From an uncultured Actinomycetota bacterium (lineage in GTDB: Bacteria; Actinomycetota; Actinomycetes; JAHEKZ01), in contig CAWHIJ010000003.1 of assembly GCA_963829525.1 (NCBI GenBank), positions 576,001-640,000 of the forward strand: a stretch of DNA of 64,000 nt, in the 5' to 3' direction. The position numbers and the translations under genes are program-made. Shown piece by piece: positions 30,786-40,847 of the stretch (position 1 is the stretch's first letter; each line of letters begins with the position of its first letter). The notes beneath the pieces are model-generated. The model saw only the letters and a program-made list of their open reading frames with translations, had not been told where the DNA came from and ran no database searches.

Positions 30786-32139
30786 GGAGAACACGTCCTT
30801 CCGGGTAGCGGTAGCGAGTGTTACTTTGCCGCAACGCAAGTGCTGTCGCGAGGGTGACCGGACCGACGCGTCCAATGAACATCAAAAGGGCCAGGACTAC
30901 CTCCCCCGGGTTACCGAGGCTCGCGGTGACCCCCGTGCTGAGGCCGCACGTCGACACTGCGGAGATCACCTCGAAGAGGGCCTGTCCGGTGTTCACGTCG
31001 CTGAGAGCCATGAGCACCAGAGTGCCGCTGATGGTCAGGACCGCGAAGATGACGATGACCAGCAGGGCCTGTTGGGTCAGATCCTTGCTGAGTCGTCGGC
31101 CGTGCACTGTGGCGTCTCGGTCACCGCGCGCCTGGGCGCGAACCACAAGCAGCAGGACGGCGAGGGTGGTCACCCGGATGCCGCCCGCGGTGCTGACCGA
31201 CCCGCCACCGACGAACATCAGCATGTCGGTGAGCAGCCAAGTCTCAGGCCGCATCTCGGCGTAGTCGACGGCGTTGAAGCCGGCAGATCGTGGGTTGACG
31301 CCGAGGAACCAGGCGTTGAGCAACCGCTCGCCAATCGCCATGTCCCCGAGAGTCCCCGGGTTGGTCCACTCCGAGAGGGCGAGAGCGAGTGGCGCCAGGA
31401 GCAACAGGCCCCCTGACATCCATAACGTCACCCTGGTGTGCAGGCTCAGGGACCGGCGGCGTCGACGCCTCAGCTCGTAGAGCACCGGAACACCGATGCC
31501 GCCGAGGATCACGGCCAGGGAGATGGGCAGCAGCACGAGACCGTCGTCGGCGAAGCCCACGACGCTGTCGGAGAAGAGCGTGAATCCAGCGTTGTTGAAT
31601 GACGAGACGCCGTGGAAGATCCCGTGCCAAAGCGCTGAACCGAAGTCGTAGTCATAACCTCTCCAGAACCGCAGCGTGAGCACGAGTGAGATCACCGCCT
31701 CAACGGTGAAGGTCAGGACGGCAACGCCGCGGACGATGCTGCCGACCTCGCCGAGCGCTACGTTGCCGCTTTCGGTGGAGGTGTAGAGCCGAGCGCGTAG
31801 ACCGAGGCGCCGGAAGACCACGATCGCCACGATCGCCGTCCCGGTCGAGATACCGAGACCGCCGGCCTGGATGAGCAGCAGGATCACTGCCTCACCGAAC
31901 CCCGACCAGTGGTCTCCGGTGCTGACCACGGTCAGCCCGGTTACCGTCACGGCCGAAGCGGAGGTGAAGAAGGCGGTGACCAGGTCGGTTCCGCCTTCGC
32001 CGGCCCGGGCTATCGGCAGAAATAGCAGGATGGTCCCGAGCAGTACAAGCCCAAGGAAGGCCGCTGCTACATAGGTGGTGGGGCGTACCAGACGGGTGAT
32101 GGGCACACGCCGGGGAGCGCGCTCAGAACCGCTCGCCAC
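30778..32139 (-). CDS. TrkH/KtrB family potassium uptake membrane subunit
   Basis: Pore motifs VTVTGL, FNNAGF, PRSAGF, STCGLSTG; MFIGRVGP. Confidence 0.92.
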   Translation of the reverse strand: MASGSERAPRRVPITRLVRPTTYVAAAFLGLVLLGTILLFLPIARAGEGGTDLVTAFFTSASAVTVTGLTVVSTGDHWSGFGEAVILLLIQAGGLGISTGTAIVAIVVFRRLGLRARLYTSTESGNVALGEVGSIVRGVAVLTFTVEAVISLVLTLRFWRGYDYDFGSALWHGIFHGVSSFNNAGFTLFSDSVVGFADDGLVLLPISLAVILGGIGVPVLYELRRRRRRSLSLHTRVTLWMSGGLLLLAPLALALSEWTNPGTLGDMAIGERLLNAWFLGVNPRSAGFNAVDYAEMRPETWLLTDMLMFVGGGSVSTAGGIRVTTLAVLLLVVRAQARGDRDATVHGRRLSKDLTQQALLVIVIFAVLTISGTLVLMALSDVNTGQALFEVISAVSTCGLSTGVTASLGNPGEVVLALLMFIGRVGPVTLATALALRQSNTRYRYPEGRVLLG

Positions 32140-32206
32140 CTGGCCTCCTGCCGTCGCCCGAAGGCCTCCAGCGTGCGAGACCCAGGGGCAAACCTACGAT
32201 GAAGCA

Positions 32207-33571
32207 GTGAACATAGTCGCGAGTACGCCCTGGATCCGCCTCGGAGCCGTGCTCGTGGCCGCATTCCTGCTACCGGCCTGCTCATCGGAGGAAGGACCGG
32301 TCATCGAGACGGGGTCGGTCGGACGGCAGACCGTGGTCGAGACGGTGGAGGCGCCTGCCTCGGTGGTGGCGGCGGCGAGCGCGATTGTGTCGTCCCCAGC
32401 GAATGGAACCGTCTCGCGCGTGGTGGTGCGAGATGGCGAACAGGTGCAGCGCGGCGATGTCCTCTTCGTCGTCAACTCGCCAGAGACCGAGCAGCGCCTG
32501 GCCCAGGCACAGCAGGCGGCGGCCTCGGGTACACCGCCGACGATTGACCTGCCACAAGCCAGCACCGGGGCCAGTGCCGCGCAGGCGGCAGCTGCCGCTG
32601 ACCGCGCATTCCAGCAGGCGCGCGATGCTGCCAAGCAGATCCAGAACCGCGACCTTCGCCAACAAGCCCTGCAGCAGGTCGCAGCGGCCGAGGCCCAGCT
32701 CGCTGCGGCTCAGGCGCAGGTGCAGTCGACGGTGGACCAGATCAACAGCAGCGTCTCGGCGCTGGAGCAGTCACTGGCTGCCGTGACCGGTGCGCAGCAG
32801 GCGCAGGCAGAGGTGGCGGTCCGGGCGGGACAGCAAGCCGTGGACGACCTGACCGTAAAGGCACCAATTGCAGGGCGGATCGTCTTCGGCGCATCCGCAG
32901 GTGGCGGAGGGGGAAGTGACGTTTCCGGACTGATCGACCAGCTGCCCTCGTCGTTAGCCGGGCAGGCGGAGTCGCTGCTCGGAGGGGGAGGCAGCGGCAG
33001 CGGTGGAAGCGGCAGTACGACAGGGATCGTTTCGGCAGGTAGCCCGGTCACCGACGGAGACCCCGTTTTGACTATCACGGATACGTCGCTGCTGACCTTG
33101 CGCGCTGAGGTGGACGAGACCGACGTTCTGCTCGTACGGAAGGGGGTGAAGGCCGACGTCGAGCTCGATGCCGTCCCAGGCGCGAGATATGGCGCTGTCG
33201 TGCGCAACGTTGACCTGTCACCGACGACGTCCAGCCGGGGCGGAGTCAGCTACATCGTCCGCCTCGAGCTGGGCGGAGGAACCCTCGTTAACGGTTCTCC
33301 GGCGCCACGCCCGCGTCCTGGTATGTCTGCCGTGGCCTCCTTGCGGGTCCTGACCTCGAAGGACGTAGTCGCCGTTCCAGTTGCCGCCGTCTTCCGCGAA
33401 GGTGAGCAGGATGCCGTTTGGGTAGTCCAGGAGAACGTTCCTGAGAAACGCATCGTGACACTGGGTGCGCAGGGCGAGGAGTACCTCGAGATTGTCGATG
33501 GCGTCAGCGAGGGTGACACGATAGTCGTGCGGGGCGCTGATCAGGTGGTCGAAGGCGAAGAGCTGCCGTGA
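32207..33571 (+). CDS. Efflux periplasmic adaptor (MacA/HlyD-like lipoprotein)
   Basis: Lipobox-like LPAC, lipoyl half motifs, coiled coil, VKAPIAG, VDETDV, RPGMSA. Confidence 0.85.
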   Translation: MNIVASTPWIRLGAVLVAAFLLPACSSEEGPVIETGSVGRQTVVETVEAPASVVAAASAIVSSPANGTVSRVVVRDGEQVQRGDVLFVVNSPETEQRLAQAQQAAASGTPPTIDLPQASTGASAAQAAAAADRAFQQARDAAKQIQNRDLRQQALQQVAAAEAQLAAAQAQVQSTVDQINSSVSALEQSLAAVTGAQQAQAEVAVRAGQQAVDDLTVKAPIAGRIVFGASAGGGGGSDVSGLIDQLPSSLAGQAESLLGGGGSGSGGSGSTTGIVSAGSPVTDGDPVLTITDTSLLTLRAEVDETDVLLVRKGVKADVELDAVPGARYGAVVRNVDLSPTTSSRGGVSYIVRLELGGGTLVNGSPAPRPRPGMSAVASLRVLTSKDVVAVPVAAVFREGEQDAVWVVQENVPEKRIVTLGAQGEEYLEIVDGVSEGDTIVVRGADQVVEGEELP

Positions 33572-34269
33572 CGACGCCGGCGATCGAGGCCGTCGATGTG
33601 ACACGGGTCTACTCGCTGGGTGGCACCGAGGTGCATGCGCTGCGCGGAGTCTCCTTGCGGATCGAGGCGGGTGAGTACGCCGCGATCGTCGGACCGTCGG
33701 GGTCAGGCAAGTCGACGTTGATGCACCTCTTGGGCTTGCTCGATCGGCCGAGCAGCGGCGTCATCACCGTGGGTGGCAGAGACGCCACATCGCTGTCGGA
33801 CTCCGAGCTGGCGGTCCTACGGAACGAGACGATCGGGTTCGTCTTCCAGTCCTTCCAGCTGCTGGCACGCACAGCCGCGATCGACAACGTGGCCTTGCCT
33901 CTCCTCTACCGCGGCGTCGCGAAGAAAGAGCGACGCGAGCGGGCTGCCGCTGCTCTCGACGCCGTTGGCTTGGGAGATCGCAAGGGACATAAGGCCACCG
34001 AGCTCTCCGGTGGAGAGCAGCAACGCGTCGCGATTGCGCGGGCGCTCGTGGGAGAGCCGCAGCTGTTGCTCGCCGATGAGCCGACGGGCAACCTCGACAC
34101 CCGTACCGGTGGTGAGGTGATGGACACGCTTGAACAGTTGAACGCCGAGCGGGGCGTCGCCGTTGTTCTCGTCACCCACGACCAAGACATAGCGGTGCGA
34201 ACCGGCCGACAGGTCTACTTCCGAGACGGGCTGATCGAACGTGATGAGTCGAAGGCTGCAGCACAGTGA
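33568..34269 (+). CDS. MacB/LolD-type ABC ATP-binding protein
   Basis: GPSGSGKST, IGFVFQ, LSGGEQQRV, ADEPTGNLD, VTHD. Confidence 0.93.
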   Translation: MTTPAIEAVDVTRVYSLGGTEVHALRGVSLRIEAGEYAAIVGPSGSGKSTLMHLLGLLDRPSSGVITVGGRDATSLSDSELAVLRNETIGFVFQSFQLLARTAAIDNVALPLLYRGVAKKERRERAAAALDAVGLGDRKGHKATELSGGEQQRVAIARALVGEPQLLLADEPTGNLDTRTGGEVMDTLEQLNAERGVAVVLVTHDQDIAVRTGRQVYFRDGLIERDESKAAAQ

Positions 34270-35450
34270 GACTGGCTGAAGCATTTCGGGTGGCCCTCGA
34301 CGCGTTGCGCGCCAACCGACTTCGCAGCCTGTTGACGATGCTAGGAGTCATCATCGGTGTCGCTGCGGTTGTGGTGCTGGTCGCGATCGGTAGCGGCGCC
34401 AAGCAAGAGGTAGAGGCCCAAGTCGAGGGGCTCGGATCCAACATCATCTTCGTTCTGCCGGGCTCGGTTGAGTTTGGATCCGCGCCCTCCATCAGCCAGC
34501 TTCAGCTGGAGGACGTCGAGTACATAGGTCGCGTGATCGGAAATCCAGAAGCGGTAGCAACCACAGTCTCGAGCGGTGAGACCGTCTCGGTGGGATCCAC
34601 AGAGGTGTTCAGCACCATCGCGGGCACCAACGAGAACGTTCCCAACGTGTTCACGCGACCGGTCGCGCGCGGCGAGTACCTGACGGCGACCGACGTCGAC
34701 ACCCGACGGAGGGTCGCCGTTCTTGGGAGTGGAGTCTCCGACGAACTCTTCGGAGACATTGAGCCACTGGGACGGCAGATCACCATCGCCGGTGTCCGGT
34801 TCCGGGTCATCGGGGTCTTCGAGGAAGTCGGTTCAGCGTTCGGCGTCAGCCGGGACCAGGAGATCCATATCCCCGTGACGACGGCTCAGCAGCTCTTCGG
34901 CGTCGATCGCATCGATGCCCTCGCAGTGAAGGCGCCGACCATCGACGACGTCGAGCCGCTGCGACGCGAACTGCTGGCGGCCTTGGAGGAGAAGTACCCA
35001 GACGAGGAGTTCTCAGCGGTGACGCAGAGCCAGATCCTCGGGACGCTGGGCGATATTCTTGGGCTCCTGACACTGGTGCTCGCGGCCATCGCTGCGATCT
35101 CGCTGCTCGTTGGCGGCGTTGGCGTCAGCAACATCATGCTGGTGTCCGTGCGCGAGCGGACGCGCGAGATCGGGCTGCGCAAGGCACTGGGTGCGCGTCG
35201 ACGAGACATCACCGTGCAGTTCCTGATCGAGGCGGTGCTGCTGACCACGGTTGGCGGCGTGATCGGGATGGCGATCGGCATCAGCGTCTCGTTGTTGGCG
35301 GATGCGTTCTCCCCGCTGCCGGCCGTGATCGCCTGGTGGTCGCCGGTGCTGGCGTTCACGGTCTCGGTAGCTGTTGGCGTTTTCTTCGGAGTGATCCCGG
35401 CCCGAAGGGCCGGCAAGCTGGAACCCGTTGTGGCGCTGCGCAGCGAATAG
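34266..35450 (+). CDS. MacB/FtsX-type ABC permease
   Basis: RSLLTMLGVIIGV, VSVRERTREIGLRKALGA, QFLIEA, PVVALRSE. Confidence 0.93.
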   Translation: MRLAEAFRVALDALRANRLRSLLTMLGVIIGVAAVVVLVAIGSGAKQEVEAQVEGLGSNIIFVLPGSVEFGSAPSISQLQLEDVEYIGRVIGNPEAVATTVSSGETVSVGSTEVFSTIAGTNENVPNVFTRPVARGEYLTATDVDTRRRVAVLGSGVSDELFGDIEPLGRQITIAGVRFRVIGVFEEVGSAFGVSRDQEIHIPVTTAQQLFGVDRIDALAVKAPTIDDVEPLRRELLAALEEKYPDEEFSAVTQSQILGTLGDILGLLTLVLAAIAAISLLVGGVGVSNIMLVSVRERTREIGLRKALGARRRDITVQFLIEAVLLTTVGGVIGMAIGISVSLLADAFSPLPAVIAWWSPVLAFTVSVAVGVFFGVIPARRAGKLEPVVALRSE

Positions 35451-35602
35451 ACCGGTCGCTTTGAAGACTTGCCGTTGCTTTTGGGCGTTTCTACGTCGTC
35501 GGAATGCTTGGTAAGTCTCCATACATCCACGAAGGGCCCGCCCGAATAGTCAAGGGCTGTGGAAGTGACCCCACCACGCGCCATCCGTGCCAGACTTTGT
35601 AG

Positions 35603-35995
35603 ATGACGACTGAAGACCAAGCGGCGGTCGAAGATGTCGATGGCGTGCAAGATCGCTGGTGGTGGGCTGGCCCGGCGGTCGCACTGACGCTTCTGAGCAC
35701 CCTGGGGGCCTTCGAGGTCCTGGTTCTGCTGCTCAATCTTGGAGTGCTTGCGTCGATCGCAGCCGGTGTGATTCCCGACGACTGTCCTCCAGGAGTGACC
35801 TGCTCTGGAGATCTCAACCTATTTCCTGCCCTTCCTCAGCAACTGATCCCCTTGGCAATCTTGTCCCTGGGATGGCTTCTAGCCATCCTGTCCTTTCGAG
35901 GACCAACGACCATTGGCCGCCGACCCCGGCGTTGGACCCTGAGCGTCATCGCAACCGCATGTCCAGTAATCGTCTGGGTCTGGCTCTTCGTCTGA
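35603..35995 (+). CDS. Hypothetical membrane protein
   Basis: About 3 hydrophobic segments; fills an intergenic gap; no recognised family. Confidence 0.5.
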   Translation: MTTEDQAAVEDVDGVQDRWWWAGPAVALTLLSTLGAFEVLVLLLNLGVLASIAAGVIPDDCPPGVTCSGDLNLFPALPQQLIPLAILSLGWLLAILSFRGPTTIGRRPRRWTLSVIATACPVIVWVWLFV

Positions 35996-36131
35996 CTCCC
36001 GGGTGGGATGGTGTTGAACAGCGCGCTGGTCAGCCAGCGCCTCGCTTGCTTTCGGGCTTGCGTCCTGCTGTCGATCTCCAGGGTGCGGTCGGATTGATCG
36101 TCATCTGTACAGCGTTCGGTAGCGTGCCAGG

Positions 36132-37310
36132 GTGACTGGGTCCGCGCAGGTGTACTGGGACGACTCCATGACGCGGTATGACTTCGGACCAAGCCATCCG
36201 ATGAACCCGGTTCGACTCGACCTCCTCATGAGGCTCGCGCGGTCGCTCGGTGTGCTCGACCAGATGGAGCTCGTCGCGCCGAATGTCGCCACCGCTGCAG
36301 AGTTGCTGCGAGTGCATACGCCGGAGTTCTTGGACGCGGTTCAGCAGTGCAGTGCACCCGATTCCGAGGGTGATCTTGCCCACGGAATCGGAACGCCTGA
36401 CGTCCCGACCTTCACTGACATGCACCAGGTTTCGTCGTTGATCGCAGGTGCCACGCTGGGAGCGGCTCGGTCGGTGTGGCGCGGTGCCGCCTCGCACGCG
36501 TTCAGTCCGGCTGGCGGGTTGCACCACGCTATGCCAGCTTCGGCGGCTGGATTCTGTGTCTACAACGACGTGTCCGTTGCGATCGCGGGGGTGTTGGATG
36601 CCGGAGCCGAACGGGTGGCCTATGTCGACATCGACGTGCACCACGGTGATGGCGTCGAGGCGGCCTTTTGGAACGACCCTCGGGTGCTGACGATCTCGAT
36701 CCATCAAGATCCGCGGACTCTCTATCCGGGAACAGGGCGCGCCAGTGAGATTGGGGGTCCTGCGGCCGAGGGGACCGCGGTGAATGTGGCTCTTCCCGCC
36801 TACACCGATGACGAAGGATGGCTGCGGGCCATTCACTCCGTTGTTCCGCATCTGCTTCAGGCGTTCGCTCCACAGATCCTGGTGACCCAGCACGGTTGCG
36901 ACACCCACCACCTCGACCCGCTTGCCCACTTCGCACTGACCATCGACGGGCAGCGGATAGCGGCGGAGTCATTGCATCGGTGGGCGCACAAGTTCGCCGA
37001 GAACCGCTGGGTGGCAACGGGAGGGGGCGGCTATGCCATTGTCGACGTCGTCCCACGCATCTGGACCTTGGTGATGGCCGAGCTTTCGGGGCATCCGATC
37101 CCGGCGCAGACTTCGGTGCCTGAGGAGTGGCGCCGCCATGTCCAGCAGTACATCGGAGTCCGAGCGCCTGCGCTGATGACCGACGGCGCAAGTCCTGTCG
37201 TCACCGATTGGTCTTCCGGGTACGACCCGTCGAACGCCTTGGACCAGGCGATTCTCGCCACCCGTAGGGCGGTGTTCCCTCATCACGGGCTCGACCCGGA
37301 CCGGGACTAA
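36132..37310 (+). CDS. acuC: AcuC / histone deacetylase family protein
   Basis: HPMNPVRL, GGLHHA, GFCVYND, DIDVHHGDG, QHGCD, GGGGY. Confidence 0.92.
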   Translation: MTGSAQVYWDDSMTRYDFGPSHPMNPVRLDLLMRLARSLGVLDQMELVAPNVATAAELLRVHTPEFLDAVQQCSAPDSEGDLAHGIGTPDVPTFTDMHQVSSLIAGATLGAARSVWRGAASHAFSPAGGLHHAMPASAAGFCVYNDVSVAIAGVLDAGAERVAYVDIDVHHGDGVEAAFWNDPRVLTISIHQDPRTLYPGTGRASEIGGPAAEGTAVNVALPAYTDDEGWLRAIHSVVPHLLQAFAPQILVTQHGCDTHHLDPLAHFALTIDGQRIAAESLHRWAHKFAENRWVATGGGGYAIVDVVPRIWTLVMAELSGHPIPAQTSVPEEWRRHVQQYIGVRAPALMTDGASPVVTDWSSGYDPSNALDQAILATRRAVFPHHGLDPDRD

Positions 37311-37492
37311 TCGGACACCCGCCACATGCCGGGGGCGTGGGGAGCCAATCGGGTGACCGCCCGATGGGTGATCACTTCGTCACTGGAGTTCCCTCCCGTC
37401 ACATCCGTCACTACGCTGACTCGAACGCGCGGGTCGCCGTGGCGCCGGAGGGGAAGCCGGCGCCCGGCCCGTGCGGTAGGGAGCGGTGACAG

Positions 37493-37729
37493 ATGGAGCA
37501 GGACCGGGATGACGGCCGGGACGATGCTCGGCAGCCGGAACAGGCGCCGCTCGGGGGAGCTTTTCTGACGGTGGCCGAAGTGGCGGCGCTGATGCGCGTT
37601 TCGAAGATGACGGTCTACCGGCTGGTGCACGCCGGAGACCTTCCAGCTGTGCGCGTTGGGCGCTCGTTCCGCGTCCCGGAGGAGGCTGTACGCGGGTACC
37701 TGCGGGACTCCTTCGTCGAGGCCGGCTGA
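37493..37729 (+). CDS. Small excisionase-like HTH DNA-binding protein (Rv0500A/BdtA-like)
   Basis: FLTVAEVAALMRVSKMTVYRLVHAGDLPAVRVGRSFRVP. Confidence 0.92.
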   Translation: MEQDRDDGRDDARQPEQAPLGGAFLTVAEVAALMRVSKMTVYRLVHAGDLPAVRVGRSFRVPEEAVRGYLRDSFVEAG

Positions 37730-37826
37730 GCCCGCCCTGATCGGGGCACATCGGGCACCGGTATCCTCGGAGGGCCGGTGCGCGGCGTCCATGCCGTGAC
37801 CGTTCAGTCTTGAGGAAGAGATCACT

Positions 37827-37925
37827 GTGGGTTCTGTCGTCAAAAAGCGCCGCAAGCGGATGGCTAAGAAGAAGCACCGCAAGTTGCTGCGCAAGACGCG
37901 CGTTCAGCGTCGTAACAAGAAGTAG
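37827..37925 (+). CDS. 30S ribosomal protein bS22
   Basis: Hand-translated [32 protein letters not shown]; below the ORF-track length cutoff. Confidence 0.95.
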   Translation: MGSVVKKRRKRMAKKKHRKLLRKTRVQRRNKK

Positions 37926-37958
37926 TCGCGAAACGAGCTGAGCCTGCAGGAGGTCGCG

Positions 37959-38978
37959 ATGGCGCGCGTGGTGCTGGTCACCGGCGTATCCCGGTACCTC
38001 GGCGGAAGACTGGCTCGGCTTCTCGGACAACACCCAGAGGTCCAGCGGGTTGTCGGTGTTGACGTCATCCCACCTCCGGACGATATCGGTAACGCCGAGT
38101 TCGTCCGTGCCGACATCCGCAATCCGGTCATCGCGAAGGTGATCAAGGCCGCCTCGGTCGACACCGTCGTGCACATGAACGTCATCGCGACCCCCGTGGG
38201 AGCCGGCGGGCGGTCGGCGATGAAAGAGATCAACGTCATCGGCACGATGCAGCTCTTGGCTGCATGTCAGCGGGCCGCGTCTGTGAAGCAGCTCGTGGTG
38301 AAGTCATCGGCCACCGTCTACGGGGTCTCTGCGAAGGACCCAGCGCTGTTCACCGAGGACATGGAGGCTGTTCGGCTGCCGCGTTCGGGGTTTGCGAAAG
38401 ACTCCGTTGAGGTCGAGGGCTACGTCCGTGGGTTCGCTCGACGGCGTCCCGATGTGTCGGTTTCGATGCTGCGTTTCGCCAATATCCTCGGCCCTGGGAT
38501 TGACACTCCACTGGCGCGCTACCTCTCGCTGCCAGTTGTGCCGACGGTGATGGGGTTCGACGGTCGCATCCAGCTGACCCATGAAGACGACGCGCTTGCG
38601 GCGGTGCAGGCTGCGACCTTTGGTGAATCGCCCGGTACCTACAACGTGTCAGGCGATGGTGTCCTGATGCTTTCGCAGGCTGTCGCTCGTGCCGGGCGGG
38701 TCAACCTGCCGTTGCCGACGCCGTTCGCGTCGGTGGCGCGTGACCTCGTTCGTCGCTTTGGCTACATCGATTTCACCTCAGAACAGATCGAGTACCTCAA
38801 GTACGGCAGGGGCGTCGACACCAGCCGGATTCGGAACCATCTCGGCTTCGTCGCCAGGTACTCGACGCGCGAGACGTTCGACGCCTTCCTACGGGCGCAC
38901 CCGTTGGGCCGGGTTCTGCCGTGGGACCCCCCGGAGGAGTCGGCACCGGTCACCACCATCGGCGGGGCGGCCACGTGA
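37959..38978 (+). CDS. NAD-dependent epimerase/dehydratase
   Basis: VLVTGVS, KEINVIGT, KSSATVYG, LRFANILGP. Confidence 0.9.
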   Translation: MARVVLVTGVSRYLGGRLARLLGQHPEVQRVVGVDVIPPPDDIGNAEFVRADIRNPVIAKVIKAASVDTVVHMNVIATPVGAGGRSAMKEINVIGTMQLLAACQRAASVKQLVVKSSATVYGVSAKDPALFTEDMEAVRLPRSGFAKDSVEVEGYVRGFARRRPDVSVSMLRFANILGPGIDTPLARYLSLPVVPTVMGFDGRIQLTHEDDALAAVQAATFGESPGTYNVSGDGVLMLSQAVARAGRVNLPLPTPFASVARDLVRRFGYIDFTSEQIEYLKYGRGVDTSRIRNHLGFVARYSTRETFDAFLRAHPLGRVLPWDPPEESAPVTTIGGAAT

Positions 38979-39880
38979 GCGACGCCCAAGTGATTCCGCT
39001 GAACCCCGACCGTGAGCCGGACGGCGGACCCGGGTCGTCTTTCCCGGGTGAACAGCACCTCGCCGGCGCTTTCAGATTCCTCAGGAGGCGGCTCGAGGGT
39101 TCGTACGGGGTCGATGATTTCGGATTCGACCGCGAGATGACGAACGACCTCCTGATCCCGTCGCTGCGGCCGCTCTACGAGAAGTGGTTCCGCGTCGAGG
39201 TGCATGGCATCGAGAACGTGCCGAGTGAGGGAGGCGCGCTCATCGTGGCCAACCACTCGGGCACTATCGCGCTCGACTCGTTGATGACTCAAGTGGCACT
39301 CGCTGACCACCACCCCGCCCACCGAGAGCTACGGATGTTGGGAGCCGACCTGGTATTCGCGTTGCCCTTTGTCGGAACCGTCGCGCGGCGAGCGGGTCAC
39401 ACACTTGCCTGCAACCCCGATGCGGAACGCTTGCTCAGTTCTGGAGAGCTCGTCGGCGTATGGCCGGAAGGATTCAAGGGCGTGGGTAAGCCCTACTCCG
39501 AGCGCTACCGGCTGCAGCGGTTTGGGCGTGGGGGATTCGTCTCCGCTGCCCTCCGCGCCCAGGTGCCGATCATCCCCACGTCCATCGTCGGGGCTGAGGA
39601 GATCTACCCGATCTTGGCCGACGCCAAGCTGCTGGCTCGCCTGCTGGGCATGCCGTACTTCCCGATCACTCCGACGTTCCCGTGGCTGGGGCCGCTTGGC
39701 ATGATCCCATTGCCCAGCAAGTGGCACATCGAGTTTGGTGAGCCGATCGTGACCGATGTGTTCACCGAAGGCGCGGCCGACGACCCGATGCTGATGTTCA
39801 ACCTCACCGATCAGGTGCGCGAGACCATCCAGCACACGCTCTACAAACTATTGATGCAGCGTCGCAGCGTCTTCTTCTGA
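38975..39880 (+). CDS. Lysophospholipid acyltransferase family protein
   Basis: VANHSG, VWPEG, FGRGGF, LPSKW. Confidence 0.9.
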   Translation: MSDAQVIPLNPDREPDGGPGSSFPGEQHLAGAFRFLRRRLEGSYGVDDFGFDREMTNDLLIPSLRPLYEKWFRVEVHGIENVPSEGGALIVANHSGTIALDSLMTQVALADHHPAHRELRMLGADLVFALPFVGTVARRAGHTLACNPDAERLLSSGELVGVWPEGFKGVGKPYSERYRLQRFGRGGFVSAALRAQVPIIPTSIVGAEEIYPILADAKLLARLLGMPYFPITPTFPWLGPLGMIPLPSKWHIEFGEPIVTDVFTEGAADDPMLMFNLTDQVRETIQHTLYKLLMQRRSVFF

Positions 39881-39888
39881 CGCCCGCG

Positions 39889-40764
39889 TCAGCTGCGGTG
39901 GCGGCGGCTGGAGACGACTCCCGCTGCGACGCCAGCAGCGGCACCAACCACGAGTGCAGACGGGACACCGATGCGCGCGGCCTTGCGGCCCGTGCGGTAG
40001 TCGTGCACGTGCCAGCCCATGGCGCGTGCATGCCGACGCAGGGCGGCGTCCGGGTTGATCGCCACCGGCTGGCCGACCAGCGACAGCATGGGAATGTCGT
40101 TCGATGAGTCAGAGTAGGCAGAGCAAAGCGCGAGGTCGAGGCTCTCACGCTCGGCAAGTGCCCGGACAGCCTCGGCCTTTGCTGGTCCGTGCAGTGGAGC
40201 ACCAGCGAGCTTGCCGGTGTACTTGCCATCGACAATCGCAGAGACGGTACCGAGGGCGCCGGTCAGTTCGAGCTTGCGTGCAATGAGTGAAGCCATCTCT
40301 ACTGGGGCGGCTGACACAAGCCAGACCCGTTGACCAGCTCGCAGGTGTGTGCGAGTGAGCTCAATGGTCTGCGTATAGAGCTTGTCCTCGATCCTTTCGT
40401 CGAAGATCTCGTCGCCGAGGGAGACGACCTCGTCAACATCGTGCCCCGCGACGAAGCTGAGCGCCGCGTCGATCACCGAGGCGATGTCATTGGTGTCCTC
40501 GCGTCCTGCCACCCGGAATTTCGCCTGCTTCCAGGCGAACGAGCTGACGTCCCCGAACGTGAAGAACTTGCGCTTTGCCAGTCCCCGGGCCAGGTGGAAG
40601 AGAGAAGCGCCACGGACGATCGTGTTGTCGATGTCGAAGAAAGCCGCCGCGTGCCGGTCCAGGACGAGTTCCTGCGTGGTCTCAGCTCGCAGCGCGGCTG
40701 CCTCGCCGGCAATGACCGCCGGTGGGCGGGGGCGTGGGTGCTGGGGGTCGTCCATGGAGGTCAC
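39889..40764 (-). CDS. HAD-IB family hydrolase
   Basis: FFDIDNT, WLVSAAP, AYSDSSND, INPD. Confidence 0.9.
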   Translation of the reverse strand: MTSMDDPQHPRPRPPAVIAGEAAALRAETTQELVLDRHAAAFFDIDNTIVRGASLFHLARGLAKRKFFTFGDVSSFAWKQAKFRVAGREDTNDIASVIDAALSFVAGHDVDEVVSLGDEIFDERIEDKLYTQTIELTRTHLRAGQRVWLVSAAPVEMASLIARKLELTGALGTVSAIVDGKYTGKLAGAPLHGPAKAEAVRALAERESLDLALCSAYSDSSNDIPMLSLVGQPVAINPDAALRRHARAMGWHVHDYRTGRKAARIGVPSALVVGAAAGVAAGVVSSRRHRS

Positions 40765-40847
40765 GTCGCAACCCTACGGGCGTGACCACCACACTCGGCG
40801 TACGAAGGCGGCACCGGAGGGGACATTCGGCGGGCTTGGAGGCGGGG

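Noticed and set aside
17749-32139. DisA and TrkA/TrkH as a c-di-AMP signalling unit
   Set aside because: They lie more than 11 kb apart, separated by unrelated backbone genes; no c-di-AMP riboswitch was recognised.
32890-33020. Gly/Ser-rich low-complexity DNA in the adaptor gene
   Set aside because: Encodes a flexible linker typical of MacA-like proteins; not an independent repeat element.
37493-37729. Excisionase-like gene as a prophage or ICE marker
   Set aside because: It is the conserved core gene next to bS22; no integrase or att site was seen.
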